A DNA stretch of 64,000 nucleotides, taken from NCBI GenBank assembly GCA_963812155.1, contig CAWETW010000003.1:192001-256000 (forward strand), in the 5' to 3' direction. Each line of letters starts with the position of its first letter. Position 1 is the first letter of the stretch. This document shows, one piece after another, positions 52,697-61,909 of this stretch. The notes below the pieces were generated by a model that was not told the DNA's origin, ran no database searches, and saw only the letters and a program-made list of their open reading frames with translations. The DNA is from Vulcanimicrobiota bacterium. GTDB taxonomy: Bacteria > Vulcanimicrobiota > Vulcanimicrobiia > Vulcanimicrobiales > Vulcanimicrobiaceae. The position numbers and the translations under genes are program-made.

Positions 52697-53368
52697 ATGC
52701 TCAAGGCCGTTCTCCTCGATATCGACGGCACGCTGGTGGCCAGCAATGACGCGCACGCGCAAGCGTGGGCGGATGCGCTGCGGTCGTTCGGCTACGATTG
52801 CGACGTCGACCAGATTCGCCGGTGGATCGGGATGGGCGGCGATAAGATTCTTCCGCGTGTTGATGAACGGCTCGATAGAGAACAGGAGCCGGGCAAATCG
52901 ATTCTCGCGGTACGGCTGGAAATTTTTATGGATCGCTACGCGCCCGCGCTCAAGCCAACGCCGGGTGCGATTCCGTTTCTCGATCGGTTGCACGCCGCCG
53001 GGCTGCTGCGGGTGGCCGCGACGTCGGCGAAGGAGAAAGAATACAAGATAATTACCGAAACCGCCGGTATCGCCGGGCGGCTCGATTTGGCAACGACGGC
53101 GGACGATGCGAAACACTCCAAGCCCGATGCCGACGTCGTCAAAAGCGCGCTCGAGAAGGCCGGAGCGACGGCCGCTCAGGCCGTCTACGTGGGCGACACT
53201 CCCTATGACGTTGAGGCGGCGCATCGCGCCGGGTTGCCCATCGTCGCGCTGCGCTGCGGCGGGTGGAGGGATGCGGATCTGCGAGACGCCGACGCGGTCT
53301 ACGAAGACCCCGCGGAACTCGATCGCGGCTTCGAGCGGTCGCCTATCGGCGAGCGGCTCGCCTCGTAG
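52697..53368 (+). CDS. HAD family hydrolase
   Basis: DIDGTL, KP..D, VGDTPYD motifs. Confidence 0.9.
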   Translation: MLKAVLLDIDGTLVASNDAHAQAWADALRSFGYDCDVDQIRRWIGMGGDKILPRVDERLDREQEPGKSILAVRLEIFMDRYAPALKPTPGAIPFLDRLHAAGLLRVAATSAKEKEYKIITETAGIAGRLDLATTADDAKHSKPDADVVKSALEKAGATAAQAVYVGDTPYDVEAAHRAGLPIVALRCGGWRDADLRDADAVYEDPAELDRGFERSPIGERLAS

Positions 53369-53464
53369 CGGCGAGCGCTCAGGAGCCATAGGGTGGAGGG
53401 GCCGCTGGGCGGAGTCGCGTAGAAACGCACTGTTCACAATAGTAAGGGCCCGGAGTTCGCGAGC

Positions 53465-53731
53465 ATGACTGAGATAGAACGCGTCTGGGAGCGCCTCAAA
53501 GAGCGCGCCTTTCGTCATGCCGATTCGCGGGCAGTACCGAGCATGGACGAGGCGCGAACGACCGTGATCTCCATATGCGCCGACGAATGTCGCGAGCGTC
53601 CGCCCGTGGATGCAATTGAATTTTTTGCGGCCGAATTCATGCGGCTCACGATCGAAGCGTATGAGCGCGAAACACTCCGGCATGACGGCGAACGAATCGC
53701 TGCGCACGAACGCGAGCGAACGCTCGGGTAA
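53465..53731 (+). CDS. Hypothetical protein (88 aa)
   Basis: GGAG SD; helical composition; fills intergenic gap. Confidence 0.55.
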   Translation: MTEIERVWERLKERAFRHADSRAVPSMDEARTTVISICADECRERPPVDAIEFFAAEFMRLTIEAYERETLRHDGERIAAHERERTLG

Positions 53732-53748
53732 ACGACGCGAACTTCTCG

Positions 53749-56292
53749 TTATCGTCGAACGAAGACGATGAGTTCGGACCCGTCTTGCGGGATACTCAGT
53801 TGTTCGATTCGGTACGACGTCGCCGTGCCGCCGGCGTCGGTCAGTTCGAGGGAGCGGGGCGGGCGCTTCCATGCCTCGCCGACTGCCGGAAGCGCGCCGT
53901 TGTTTCGTTCGACCAGCCCGATATATTGCTCGGACGCGATCAGTATTTTGCGCTTGTTGTCGAGCAGGCACAGGGGGAGCGGAGTCTGTTCGACGACCGA
54001 CTGCATCGTGATTGACGCCTCGCGAGCCACGTTCAATTTAGCTTCGCGTTCTTCCGCCGAGCGTTCGAGTTCGCTGCTGCGCGCCGCGAGTTCTTCGTTG
54101 GTCGTATTGAGTTCTTCGACGGTCGCCTGAAGTTCTTCGTTGAGCGTCTCGAGCTCTTCACTCGTTGCCTGCATCTCTTCATTGAGCGTCTCGACTTCTT
54201 CAGCGGCGGCCTCCGACTCTTCGGCCGAGATGAGCAGGTGCTCGTTGGCGCTGCGCAGGTCGGAGTTTGCGTTCGTGAGCTCGTCGTTCGCTTCGATGAG
54301 CGCCTTCTGGCGTTCTTGCAGTTCGACGTTCTGTAACGAGAATCTCGCGGACGACTCTTCGTTGCTGCGATTGCTCGCCTCGAGTTCGCGCAGGCGCGCC
54401 GTCGCCTCGGTCACATCGGCGACCAGCACGAAAACGCCTTCGATGCGGCCCTCCTTGTTCACCGTGCGATCCGGATAACACGAGATCTGCAGATACCGGA
54501 CCGAGTCGCTTGCAAGGTCGCGAATTTCGACCTCGCGGCTGCTTGCGGGCATCTCGTTGCGAAACGCGGCGTCGAGCGCCGCCTTAAGTTCGCTCGAGGG
54601 GAGCGCCGCCAAATGCACGAGGTCGTCGCCGATGCCCTGTCCGTGAATTCCGAGCATCGAGCGCGCCGCGTGATTGATCGTGAGAATGTCGTAGTTTCGA
54701 TCGACGACGACCACGCCGAGATGCGAGTCGAAGAGAAATGCGCCCAGGCGATCCACCAGCGACCAGCGCGGTGCGGCGGACTCGTTCGAGGCCCGGCGTT
54801 GGAGCGCCGGCGACGTCGCGATGCGCCGCGTTGTGGGCCGCTCGCGCACCCCGTTACCGATCGCCGGCGACGGGATGAACAGCCGTTCGCCTTGACGCTG
54901 AAAGATCTTCAGCGCCGGCTGTACGGTCGAGAAGTACTGCGAGAGCGGGCTCGTCGTCTCCGACTTGCCGAGCACCAGATACCCACCCGACCGCAACGAA
55001 AACGCGAACAGCTGAAGCGTCCGCTGCTGGAGTTCCTTCGTAAAATAAATCAGAACGTTACGGCACAAGACGAGGTCGATGCGCGGAAAAGGCGCGCGCT
55101 GGCCGAGATCGTACTCTCCGAAAACGGTGAGGTTGCGAATCCGCTTCTTGATTTGAAATCCGTCGTCTAGGCGCGTGAAGTATTTGGCGAGCAGCTCCGG
55201 CGACATCTCTTTGAGCGCGCTCGCCGGGTAGACGCCGCGCCGCGCGAACGCCACCGCGTCGGCATCGAGATCGGTTGCGAAAATCCGGATCGGCATCGTC
55301 TCGACGTCGTCGCCGAGCAGTTCGCCGAGTGCGATCGCCAGCGAGTACGCCTCTTCGCCGGTCGCGCATCCCGCCGACCATAGCCGCAGCTCGGCGCGAT
55401 TGGCGCGCGCGTGCTCGACGATGTCGGGCAGTATTTGCTCGCGGAGCGCAGCGAACAGCGCGGGGTCGCGAAAGAACTCGGTCACTTTGATCAGGAACGT
55501 GCTGATCAGCCGCTGGTACGCCTCGGGATGCGCGCTGAGGTGGCGCAAGTAATCCTTCAGGGTTTCGCACCCGGTCGTGGCCATGAGCCGCGACAGGCGC
55601 CGGACGATCGTCGGCGTTTTATACTGGCGGAAATCGATCCCCGTGCGCCCGCGCAACTGGTTTAGAAAAGCGCTGAGGACGTCGGGGTTGGTAATCTCGC
55701 CGTCGCTTGGACCGGCCGTCAACGTGGCCAGAAGCGGCGCAAGCGAATCGAGGTTGGCGGTGTAGTCGACGTGGCTGAGCGGTATGGCGGCCGGCAACGC
55801 CGGAAATGCGGCGGATTCCGGTTCCTGCACGAGGACGGTCCCGCCGTGCTCTTTCACCGATCGAACGCCGGCCACGCCGTCGGTGCCCATGCCGGTGAGG
55901 ATGAGCGCGACGACGCGGTCGCCGAAACTCTCCGCCGCGCTGGTGAACAGCGCGTCGATCGACGGTACGGGATGCCCGCGCAGACGGCCGCTTCCGACGG
56001 CTCGAGTGCCGCGAATCGCCACGTTTTGTCCCGACGAAGCGAGATAAATCGTGGCCGGTTGCAGTCCCTCGTCGCCCTGATCGGCGATCGTGACGACGTT
56101 TAACTGCGTCTGACGCCGAAGAATTTCGGCCAAGTGGCTGGGGACGTTCGGAGCGTAGTGCTGCGCGATGACGACCGGAGCGCGGAAGTCCTCGGGGAGC
56201 GCACCCACGAGCCGTATCAGCGCCTCGATTCCGCCGGCCGACGCGCCGACGACGACGAGATAAGACTCGTCGCGAAGGCCTTCGTCGTTCAT
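53749..56292 (-). CDS. CheB-CheR fusion with PAS and coiled coil
   Basis: CheB GASAGG/QH/GMGTDG; CheR SAGCATGEEAYS, ATDLD, CRNVLIYF; EEL..NEEL coiled coil; no kinase domain. Confidence 0.9.
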   Translation of the reverse strand: MNDEGLRDESYLVVVGASAGGIEALIRLVGALPEDFRAPVVIAQHYAPNVPSHLAEILRRQTQLNVVTIADQGDEGLQPATIYLASSGQNVAIRGTRAVGSGRLRGHPVPSIDALFTSAAESFGDRVVALILTGMGTDGVAGVRSVKEHGGTVLVQEPESAAFPALPAAIPLSHVDYTANLDSLAPLLATLTAGPSDGEITNPDVLSAFLNQLRGRTGIDFRQYKTPTIVRRLSRLMATTGCETLKDYLRHLSAHPEAYQRLISTFLIKVTEFFRDPALFAALREQILPDIVEHARANRAELRLWSAGCATGEEAYSLAIALGELLGDDVETMPIRIFATDLDADAVAFARRGVYPASALKEMSPELLAKYFTRLDDGFQIKKRIRNLTVFGEYDLGQRAPFPRIDLVLCRNVLIYFTKELQQRTLQLFAFSLRSGGYLVLGKSETTSPLSQYFSTVQPALKIFQRQGERLFIPSPAIGNGVRERPTTRRIATSPALQRRASNESAAPRWSLVDRLGAFLFDSHLGVVVVDRNYDILTINHAARSMLGIHGQGIGDDLVHLAALPSSELKAALDAAFRNEMPASSREVEIRDLASDSVRYLQISCYPDRTVNKEGRIEGVFVLVADVTEATARLRELEASNRSNEESSARFSLQNVELQERQKALIEANDELTNANSDLRSANEHLLISAEESEAAAEEVETLNEEMQATSEELETLNEELQATVEELNTTNEELAARSSELERSAEEREAKLNVAREASITMQSVVEQTPLPLCLLDNKRKILIASEQYIGLVERNNGALPAVGEAWKRPPRSLELTDAGGTATSYRIEQLSIPQDGSELIVFVRR

Positions 56293-56362
56293 GTGAGGTT
56301 CTTGTCCAATCGGGAAACAACGCCTCCGCAATGAAGAAGCCGGCCGCTCACGGTTCCGGCCT

Positions 56363-58192
56363 CTAGCCCAACGTAATGATCGACGCGAATCCGGCGGGCT
56401 TCTCGCGGTCGAGAAGCACCGGCAAACTGTCGGCCGATCCGAGCCTCCGGCTCAGCCACGTCCACAACGCTTCGTCGCAGACGACCGTGTTTGCCGAGGG
56501 ATCGAGCCTCGCCATGCCGGTCGTGACGCCCCGCGTACGCGCGATCGTCGCCACAGGCCTGGGCCGATTAAAGAGCATCGGGGCCGAAAAGCCCAGCGTC
56601 GCGTAGTCCATCGCCTGCGTTGCCGCGTCAATCGTCGCAATGAAGAACGGCGCCGAGGCGTCGCGGCCCCCAAACGCGTCGGCCAACGGCATGCGAAGAG
56701 ACGACTCCATCAGGCTGCTGACGGCGTCGCCGTCTTCCTCCACGTTGAGCGTGAGCAGGCCGCGCGTTTCGGTCACTTGACGGTATCGCCACGGAATCGC
56801 GCAACCGGCGGAATGATAGACGTCGAGATCGATCATACGGTCGCGCAATCGCTCCCAGAAGCGCTCCTTTTGCAGTTCCGGTATCGGCTTGACGCCGGCA
56901 CGCAACTCTTCGAATCGATCGACGACGACGTCGGCAAGGTTGGCGAGCACCTCGAACGCCTGCGTGTCGGCGGGCCGATCGAACGAGCATGCGACGAGCA
57001 CCCCGCGATGATATCCGTCCTGCGATACGAGCGCAACGGAGGCAGCCGATACCGGCCGTAACGCGAGGAACGCGCTTCGATCGTTGGGCGCGTCGGTCAA
57101 CTCGTCGAGAAACTCATCGTCGAACACGGCATGGAACGAGCGCGTACCACTGAGAAACCCTTTGGGGATCGATGCAAGCACCGGTTGCGCAGCGTACGGG
57201 TGTTCCGCGCGATAGACGGTGCCCGATTCGCTGATCAGCGAACAGGACGCCCACCCGCCCACGGCTTCGGCCGCCCGTTCGGCGGCAAGCCGCGCCAATT
57301 CGTTTGCGTTGGGTGCGCTCAACGCGCGCCGCTGCGCCATCACGCGTTCCTCGTGTAAGGAAGCGTGACGCAACGCCGACGCCTCCTGGGCGAGTTTCTT
57401 GATCGTTTTGAAGATCGTCGTTTCGGATGCGTCGTGCGGCAGCCACCGATCGACGATCGCGGGGAATAAGGCGTGCGGTTCCTCTTGATAAAATGCCAGA
57501 ACGCAGAGCGCGCCGTAGTCGGCGATGCGATGGATGCTCGTGATTGCCGAGACGGGATCGCCGAGTTCGGCCGCATCCACCACGACGATGTCCGGTAAAA
57601 ATTCTTGCATCCGCCGGGTGAGCTTCCCGAACGTTGAAACGGCTTCGACCGGCCATCCGCGGCGCGCCAGCGCCGACGAGAGCCGGTCGCAGAGATCCAC
57701 GCAGGTGGCGAAGCTCATTACGACGGGAGCTAGGGAAAGTGCGACCGGCATGAGCGGCGACGCGGCGGAATCTCGCGGAACCGTTACGCTCTCGACCGAC
57801 GCGAGGAAGTCGTCGTCGCCGAGCGCGGAAGCTCGCGCGGCAAGCGGTGCGACAATCACCCGGCGGTCGTTACGGTGTGAGAATGGAATCGCCAGCGCGG
57901 CACGGTCCCCGCGCACCGGGTCGAGAATGCGCGCCGGCTTCATGCGCGCGAAAAGCCGCCGCAACGGCCATCGCAGCCACGACCGCGCCGCTTCACCGCT
58001 CAATCCGCGTGACGACGCGATGACGAAGGAGCCGCCGCCGTAGCCGCCCTTGAACAGTACGGCGCCTTCGAACGTGCCATCGAAGGCGGTCACGATGTCG
58101 AGCAACTCCTCGAGCTTGTCGGGATCCTCCCCGGCGCCGGCGACGGCGCGCAACAGCGTCGCCAAATCTCTGATGGTTCGGCCGGTGGTCAC
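56363..58192 (-). CDS. Multidomain signalling-like protein (GAF-like, REC-like, degenerate SpoIIE/PP2C-like)
   Basis: PDIVVVD receiver-like strand; FFIATIDAATQAMDYATLGFSAP resembles SpoIIE; GTGA overlap with upstream RHH gene. Confidence 0.55.
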   Translation of the reverse strand: MTTGRTIRDLATLLRAVAGAGEDPDKLEELLDIVTAFDGTFEGAVLFKGGYGGGSFVIASSRGLSGEAARSWLRWPLRRLFARMKPARILDPVRGDRAALAIPFSHRNDRRVIVAPLAARASALGDDDFLASVESVTVPRDSAASPLMPVALSLAPVVMSFATCVDLCDRLSSALARRGWPVEAVSTFGKLTRRMQEFLPDIVVVDAAELGDPVSAITSIHRIADYGALCVLAFYQEEPHALFPAIVDRWLPHDASETTIFKTIKKLAQEASALRHASLHEERVMAQRRALSAPNANELARLAAERAAEAVGGWASCSLISESGTVYRAEHPYAAQPVLASIPKGFLSGTRSFHAVFDDEFLDELTDAPNDRSAFLALRPVSAASVALVSQDGYHRGVLVACSFDRPADTQAFEVLANLADVVVDRFEELRAGVKPIPELQKERFWERLRDRMIDLDVYHSAGCAIPWRYRQVTETRGLLTLNVEEDGDAVSSLMESSLRMPLADAFGGRDASAPFFIATIDAATQAMDYATLGFSAPMLFNRPRPVATIARTRGVTTGMARLDPSANTVVCDEALWTWLSRRLGSADSLPVLLDREKPAGFASIITLG

Positions 58193-58443
58193 GGTTTGCG
58201 ACGGCGCAAGCAGGCGCCATGGGCGTGGAGAAAGGCGGCCAACGCGGCGGGACTGACCCGCCGGAAGAGCTGGCGCAACGCGATCTCCACGACCGAACTT
58301 TCGCTCACCCGGCATTGTCGCGCGATCTCGTGCAAGTGGTCGCCGATGTCGTCGGAGAGGTTCACGGTGACGCGCTGCGCGTTGCCCGGGCTGCCGACGC
58401 GTGCCGCCACGTCGCTCCGCTGTTCCTTACGATTGTTTGGCAT
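58189..58443 (-). CDS. Ribbon-helix-helix (CopG-like) protein
   Basis: RVTVNLSDD....LHEIA.....SESSVVEIAL pattern; GGGAGG SD. Confidence 0.7.
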   Translation of the reverse strand: MPNNRKEQRSDVAARVGSPGNAQRVTVNLSDDIGDHLHEIARQCRVSESSVVEIALRQLFRRVSPAALAAFLHAHGACLRRRKP

Positions 58444-58573
58444 GACCGCCTCCCTGCCAAGTCATGTCGTGCCGGGCCCTTCACACCTGCCAACCGAGCT
58501 TAGGGCGCAGCCTGCTGTTGTGAACAGAGGGCTGCCGCGCGTGCCGCTGAAAACGGCACTCGAGGGCTAGCCC

Positions 58574-58966
58574 ATGGAACTGCACGAAGCCGGGTCCGCC
58601 GAGCGCCGGGCCCACGTCCTGGTCATCAAACTCGAAGGCGAGTTCGATCTTTCGGATGGCGATCGTTTACGCGATGCCTTTTTCGCATTCACGCAGGCGG
58701 AGTTCGTCGTCGTGGACTTTCACCGCGTTTCGTACGTGGATTCGAGCGTGCTGCGGTGCCTCTTCGCTCTGCGTCAGAAGACGCTCGAGCGCGGCATTGC
58801 GCTCGCGCTCGTCGGCGCGACCGGCTCGGTCGCGCACGTGTTCGAAATATGCCGGTTCGACCGGCTCTTCGAGATTCGAGAAACGATCGGCGACGTTTCG
58901 GGTGCGGCCGCGTTCGATGGCGCCGAGATCCGCACGTTGACGCTGGTGTCGCGCGTCGAAGCCTAA
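58574..58966 (+). CDS. STAS domain anti-sigma factor antagonist
   Basis: LEGEFDL, VVVDF..VSYVDSS.L motifs. Confidence 0.88.
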   Translation: MELHEAGSAERRAHVLVIKLEGEFDLSDGDRLRDAFFAFTQAEFVVVDFHRVSYVDSSVLRCLFALRQKTLERGIALALVGATGSVAHVFEICRFDRLFEIRETIGDVSGAAAFDGAEIRTLTLVSRVEA

Positions 58967-58988
58967 CGTCAGTCGCCTCGGAGCGATT

Positions 58989-59553
58989 TTAGGGGACGAT
59001 TTGGATCCCGGCCGCCGTCGATATGCCGCAGTTCGTTTGACTGACGCAGCCATGGATGACTTGCTCGTCTTTGTATCCCGTTGTCGGCTTTAACGCCTTG
59101 TTGTTCGTCAACGCATCCTGTTCGTACGTGCCGGTGGTCGCGCCGTTGCAGTGCGCTGCGTCACATGGGAACGGCCCGCTCCACGTAACCTGGATCGGCT
59201 TGAAGACATTCCCCGTCTTGACGCTCGTGACGAAACCGGTCCAGCCGGTGACGTTGCTCGTGTAATCGCACGGATTGGTTTTCGTGACGCACCACCACAG
59301 GGTGAGCGTACTCTTGGGGCCGCTCGGATACTGGTAGCATCCACCGGGAAACTTCTTGGCCGCACACTTCGGCGTTGCGTCGCGGTGCATTCCGGCGACC
59401 GTAAAGCGCGGGGATTGCGCCGCGTGCATGCTGCCCGCGCTGTTGAGGCCCGATCCGGGCGCGATGGGTGTGCTGCGCGCCGGCACACGCCGACAGCGCG
59501 ACGGACATGGATATCAACGCTGCCGTTGCAGCGGAACGCCCGAGATGACGCAT
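58989..59553 (-). CDS. Cys-rich lipoprotein family member A (frameshift near 59478)
   Basis: Signal peptide MRHLG...LSAC in one frame, mature domain in ORF 58989-59486; GAAAGG SD. Confidence 0.75.
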
Positions 59554-59640
59554 TGAGTTAAACCTTTCTCTCTATCTAAGGTGCGAGCAGGCGTTCGTAT
59601 GCCCCAAAACGCCGCGTCCCTGCTAACCCAAGCGGCCGTA

Positions 59641-59672
59641 AAAGAGGCCCGGCAGATGCCGGGCCTCTCGTT
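59641..59672. terminator. Intrinsic terminator after member B
   Basis: AAAGAGGCCCGGCA-ga-TGCCGGGCCTCT; U-tract on the minus strand. Confidence 0.75.
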
Positions 59673-59689
59673 AAGCGTTCGGTTTTGAG

Positions 59690-60238
59690 TTAAGGCCCGA
59701 CGTTTAAAGCCAACTCCCCAACGAGCAGGCCGGTCAGCTTGATGTCTTGCTTATAGGCATACTTCGCCGTTTCTTTCGGCGGCTTGCGCGTTGACGCTTC
59801 GATCGTGTCGACGACGTAGGCTCCGTGCGACGTTCCGCAACGTGTTATCGAAGGCGAACACGCGAACGGCCCGGTCCATTTCCCCGTGATGGCTGCAATC
59901 GCCGCGCACGGACTGGGCGTCTTCTTTTTGCAGACGTTTCCGCTCCACGTGTAGGTTCTGGTTGCCGAGCACGGATCGCTTCCATTCCCGGCGCACCAGT
60001 CGACGACCACGCCGTTGGTTAGGGAAACGGTGTCGCAGCCGAGATATTTCTTCGGACACACCGCATTGGATCGCGCGCCGGCGGAATCGAAGTACAACTG
60101 CGGACTCGCGTGCCGGGCTTGCGCCGCGGAGCCCGCGCCGGGCGCGATCGGATTGGGAGACGAGCTGCCGCCGGCGCACGCCGACAGCGCAAAAGCCGAC
60201 ATAAGAGCCGCCGGAGCGGCCCATTGAAAATAACGCAC
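59690..60238 (-). CDS. Cys-rich lipoprotein family member B
   Basis: Lipobox LSAC; WC, PC, WSG, WTGP, Y.YKQ family motifs; AAGGAG SD. Confidence 0.8.
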   Translation of the reverse strand: MRYFQWAAPAALMSAFALSACAGGSSSPNPIAPGAGSAAQARHASPQLYFDSAGARSNAVCPKKYLGCDTVSLTNGVVVDWCAGNGSDPCSATRTYTWSGNVCKKKTPSPCAAIAAITGKWTGPFACSPSITRCGTSHGAYVVDTIEASTRKPPKETAKYAYKQDIKLTGLLVGELALNVGP

Positions 60239-60554
60239 TAAAAAAAGTCTCCTTGAATGATCGGAACGAGCTGGTCGTCAGCGGGGCGGCCCAGCCAAAC
60301 TCCGAACTCGATCGCCCAACTGCCGAGTACTCGGCTAGTATCGGCAAACTAGGCGCTTCCCTGCTTGGCGGGCAGCCGTGGTCGCCATCCGGTGGCCGCT
60401 GCTTTTGACGCCATCCCTCGGGGTCGTTTAGAACGTTCCAAAGTCGACTTGCGCAAAAAGAGGCCTGGCAGATTGCGTGGCCCCATTTCTCTTTCGCGTA
60501 CGCGCGAAATGAAGGCCGCGCCCCTGCCAGGCGACTCAAGCAAACCGTTGCACA

Positions 60555-61119
60555 CTATTTCAGGACACGGATTCCAATCGTCGTCAGAACTCCGCAACTG
60601 GCGGAGACGAGGCAGCCGCTGATGACTTGCTTGTAGGCGTAGCCCGTGGATTTGTTCGGCGCCGTCCTGCCCTTCACGATGGAATCGTCTTCGTAGGAGC
60701 CGCCGCCGCTGCATTGCGAGGGGCCGCACGGAATCGGCCCGGTCCAGGTGACCTTGAACGAGTGCAGCGCCGTGGCGCAGGATGACTTCGCCTTGCAGAC
60801 GCCGCCGCTCCAGTTGGTGATGTCGCCCGTCTGTCCGCACGGATCGCTCGGGGACCCGTAGCACCAGTGCACGTCCAAACCGTTGTGAATTGAAAAGGTG
60901 AAGCACCCGCCCGGAAACTCCGACGCGTTGCAGGTGGGCGTCTTGTCGGGCCGGACGCCGGCGATCGTGAGCCGGGGCCGTCCGGCGTGCTGCGCGGCGG
61001 GCGCGCCGGAAAGGCCGGGTCCGGCCGGGGTGGGAGACGTGCCGCCGCCCGCACAGGCGGATAGAACGAGCGCTGACGATACGAGGATGGCGGGCGCGAT
61101 CGATTGCGGAATGACGCAT
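60555..61119 (-). CDS. Cys-rich lipoprotein family member C (frameshift near 61110)
   Basis: AAGGAG SD then ATG CGT CAT (MRH, as in A and D), continuing in the frame of ORF 60555-61145; lipobox LSAC. Confidence 0.78.
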
Positions 61120-61218
61120 GAGGGTTCTCCTTTACAGGAAAACACTATCGCCCGCCCGTGCCGCCGGCGTACGCGGCTCGCCGTTCCCCTGCTTGCGCCA
61201 CCCGCGGCGAACGATTTG

Positions 61219-61773
61219 CTACGAGGTAACGCTGAGGCCGACGTGGGCGTCGACGCACTTGCCCCCCGCCTTCGGACACGCGTGGATATCTTGCTTGAAG
61301 GCGTATTTCGTGGTCTTTTTCGGCGCCGGCGATCCTTTGGTCAGTTTGTCGAGTTCGTACGTGCCCGTGCACGTCGTCTTGCACTTAAGCGGGCCGCTCC
61401 ACTTGACGACGAACGACTTGAGGAAGGGGTGCGGCGGGTAGCACATCTTATTTGATGACGCGCACACGCCGCCGCTCCACTTGTACTTGCCCGTCTCGCT
61501 GCACGGGTTGCTGGACGGGCCGTAGCACCAGTCGATCGCGAGACCTTTGCTGAGCGAGAACGTGTAGCAGTTGTAGTATTGCTTGGGGCACGTCGTATCG
61601 GGCTGGACGCCGATCGCTCTGATCTGGGGCTGCTCGGCCGATTGAGGAGCGCCGAGCATTCCGGCGCCGGCTGCGCCGGGGACGGCCGACGAACCGAGGC
61701 CGCCGCAAGCCGCCAGCGTGAGAGCAGCCGATAAGAGGGCCGCGCGAACGACCCATGGTGCGAGGTGGCGCAT
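61219..61773 (-). CDS. Cys-rich lipoprotein family member D
   Basis: Lipobox LAAC; family motifs; AAGGAG SD. Confidence 0.8.
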   Translation of the reverse strand: MRHLAPWVVRAALLSAALTLAACGGLGSSAVPGAAGAGMLGAPQSAEQPQIRAIGVQPDTTCPKQYYNCYTFSLSKGLAIDWCYGPSSNPCSETGKYKWSGGVCASSNKMCYPPHPFLKSFVVKWSGPLKCKTTCTGTYELDKLTKGSPAPKKTTKYAFKQDIHACPKAGGKCVDAHVGLSVTS

Positions 61774-61909
61774 CAGCGAAAATCTCCTTTTTGAAGTAGC
61801 TTTTGGGGACGAGCAGCCAAGCCAATCGCAAATGAAGCCCGGCTGTCGTACGGTGGTGCCTGAGGTACGTTGGGGAACGGGCCGGCGCTTCCCCTGAAAG
61901 AGCTGAAAC

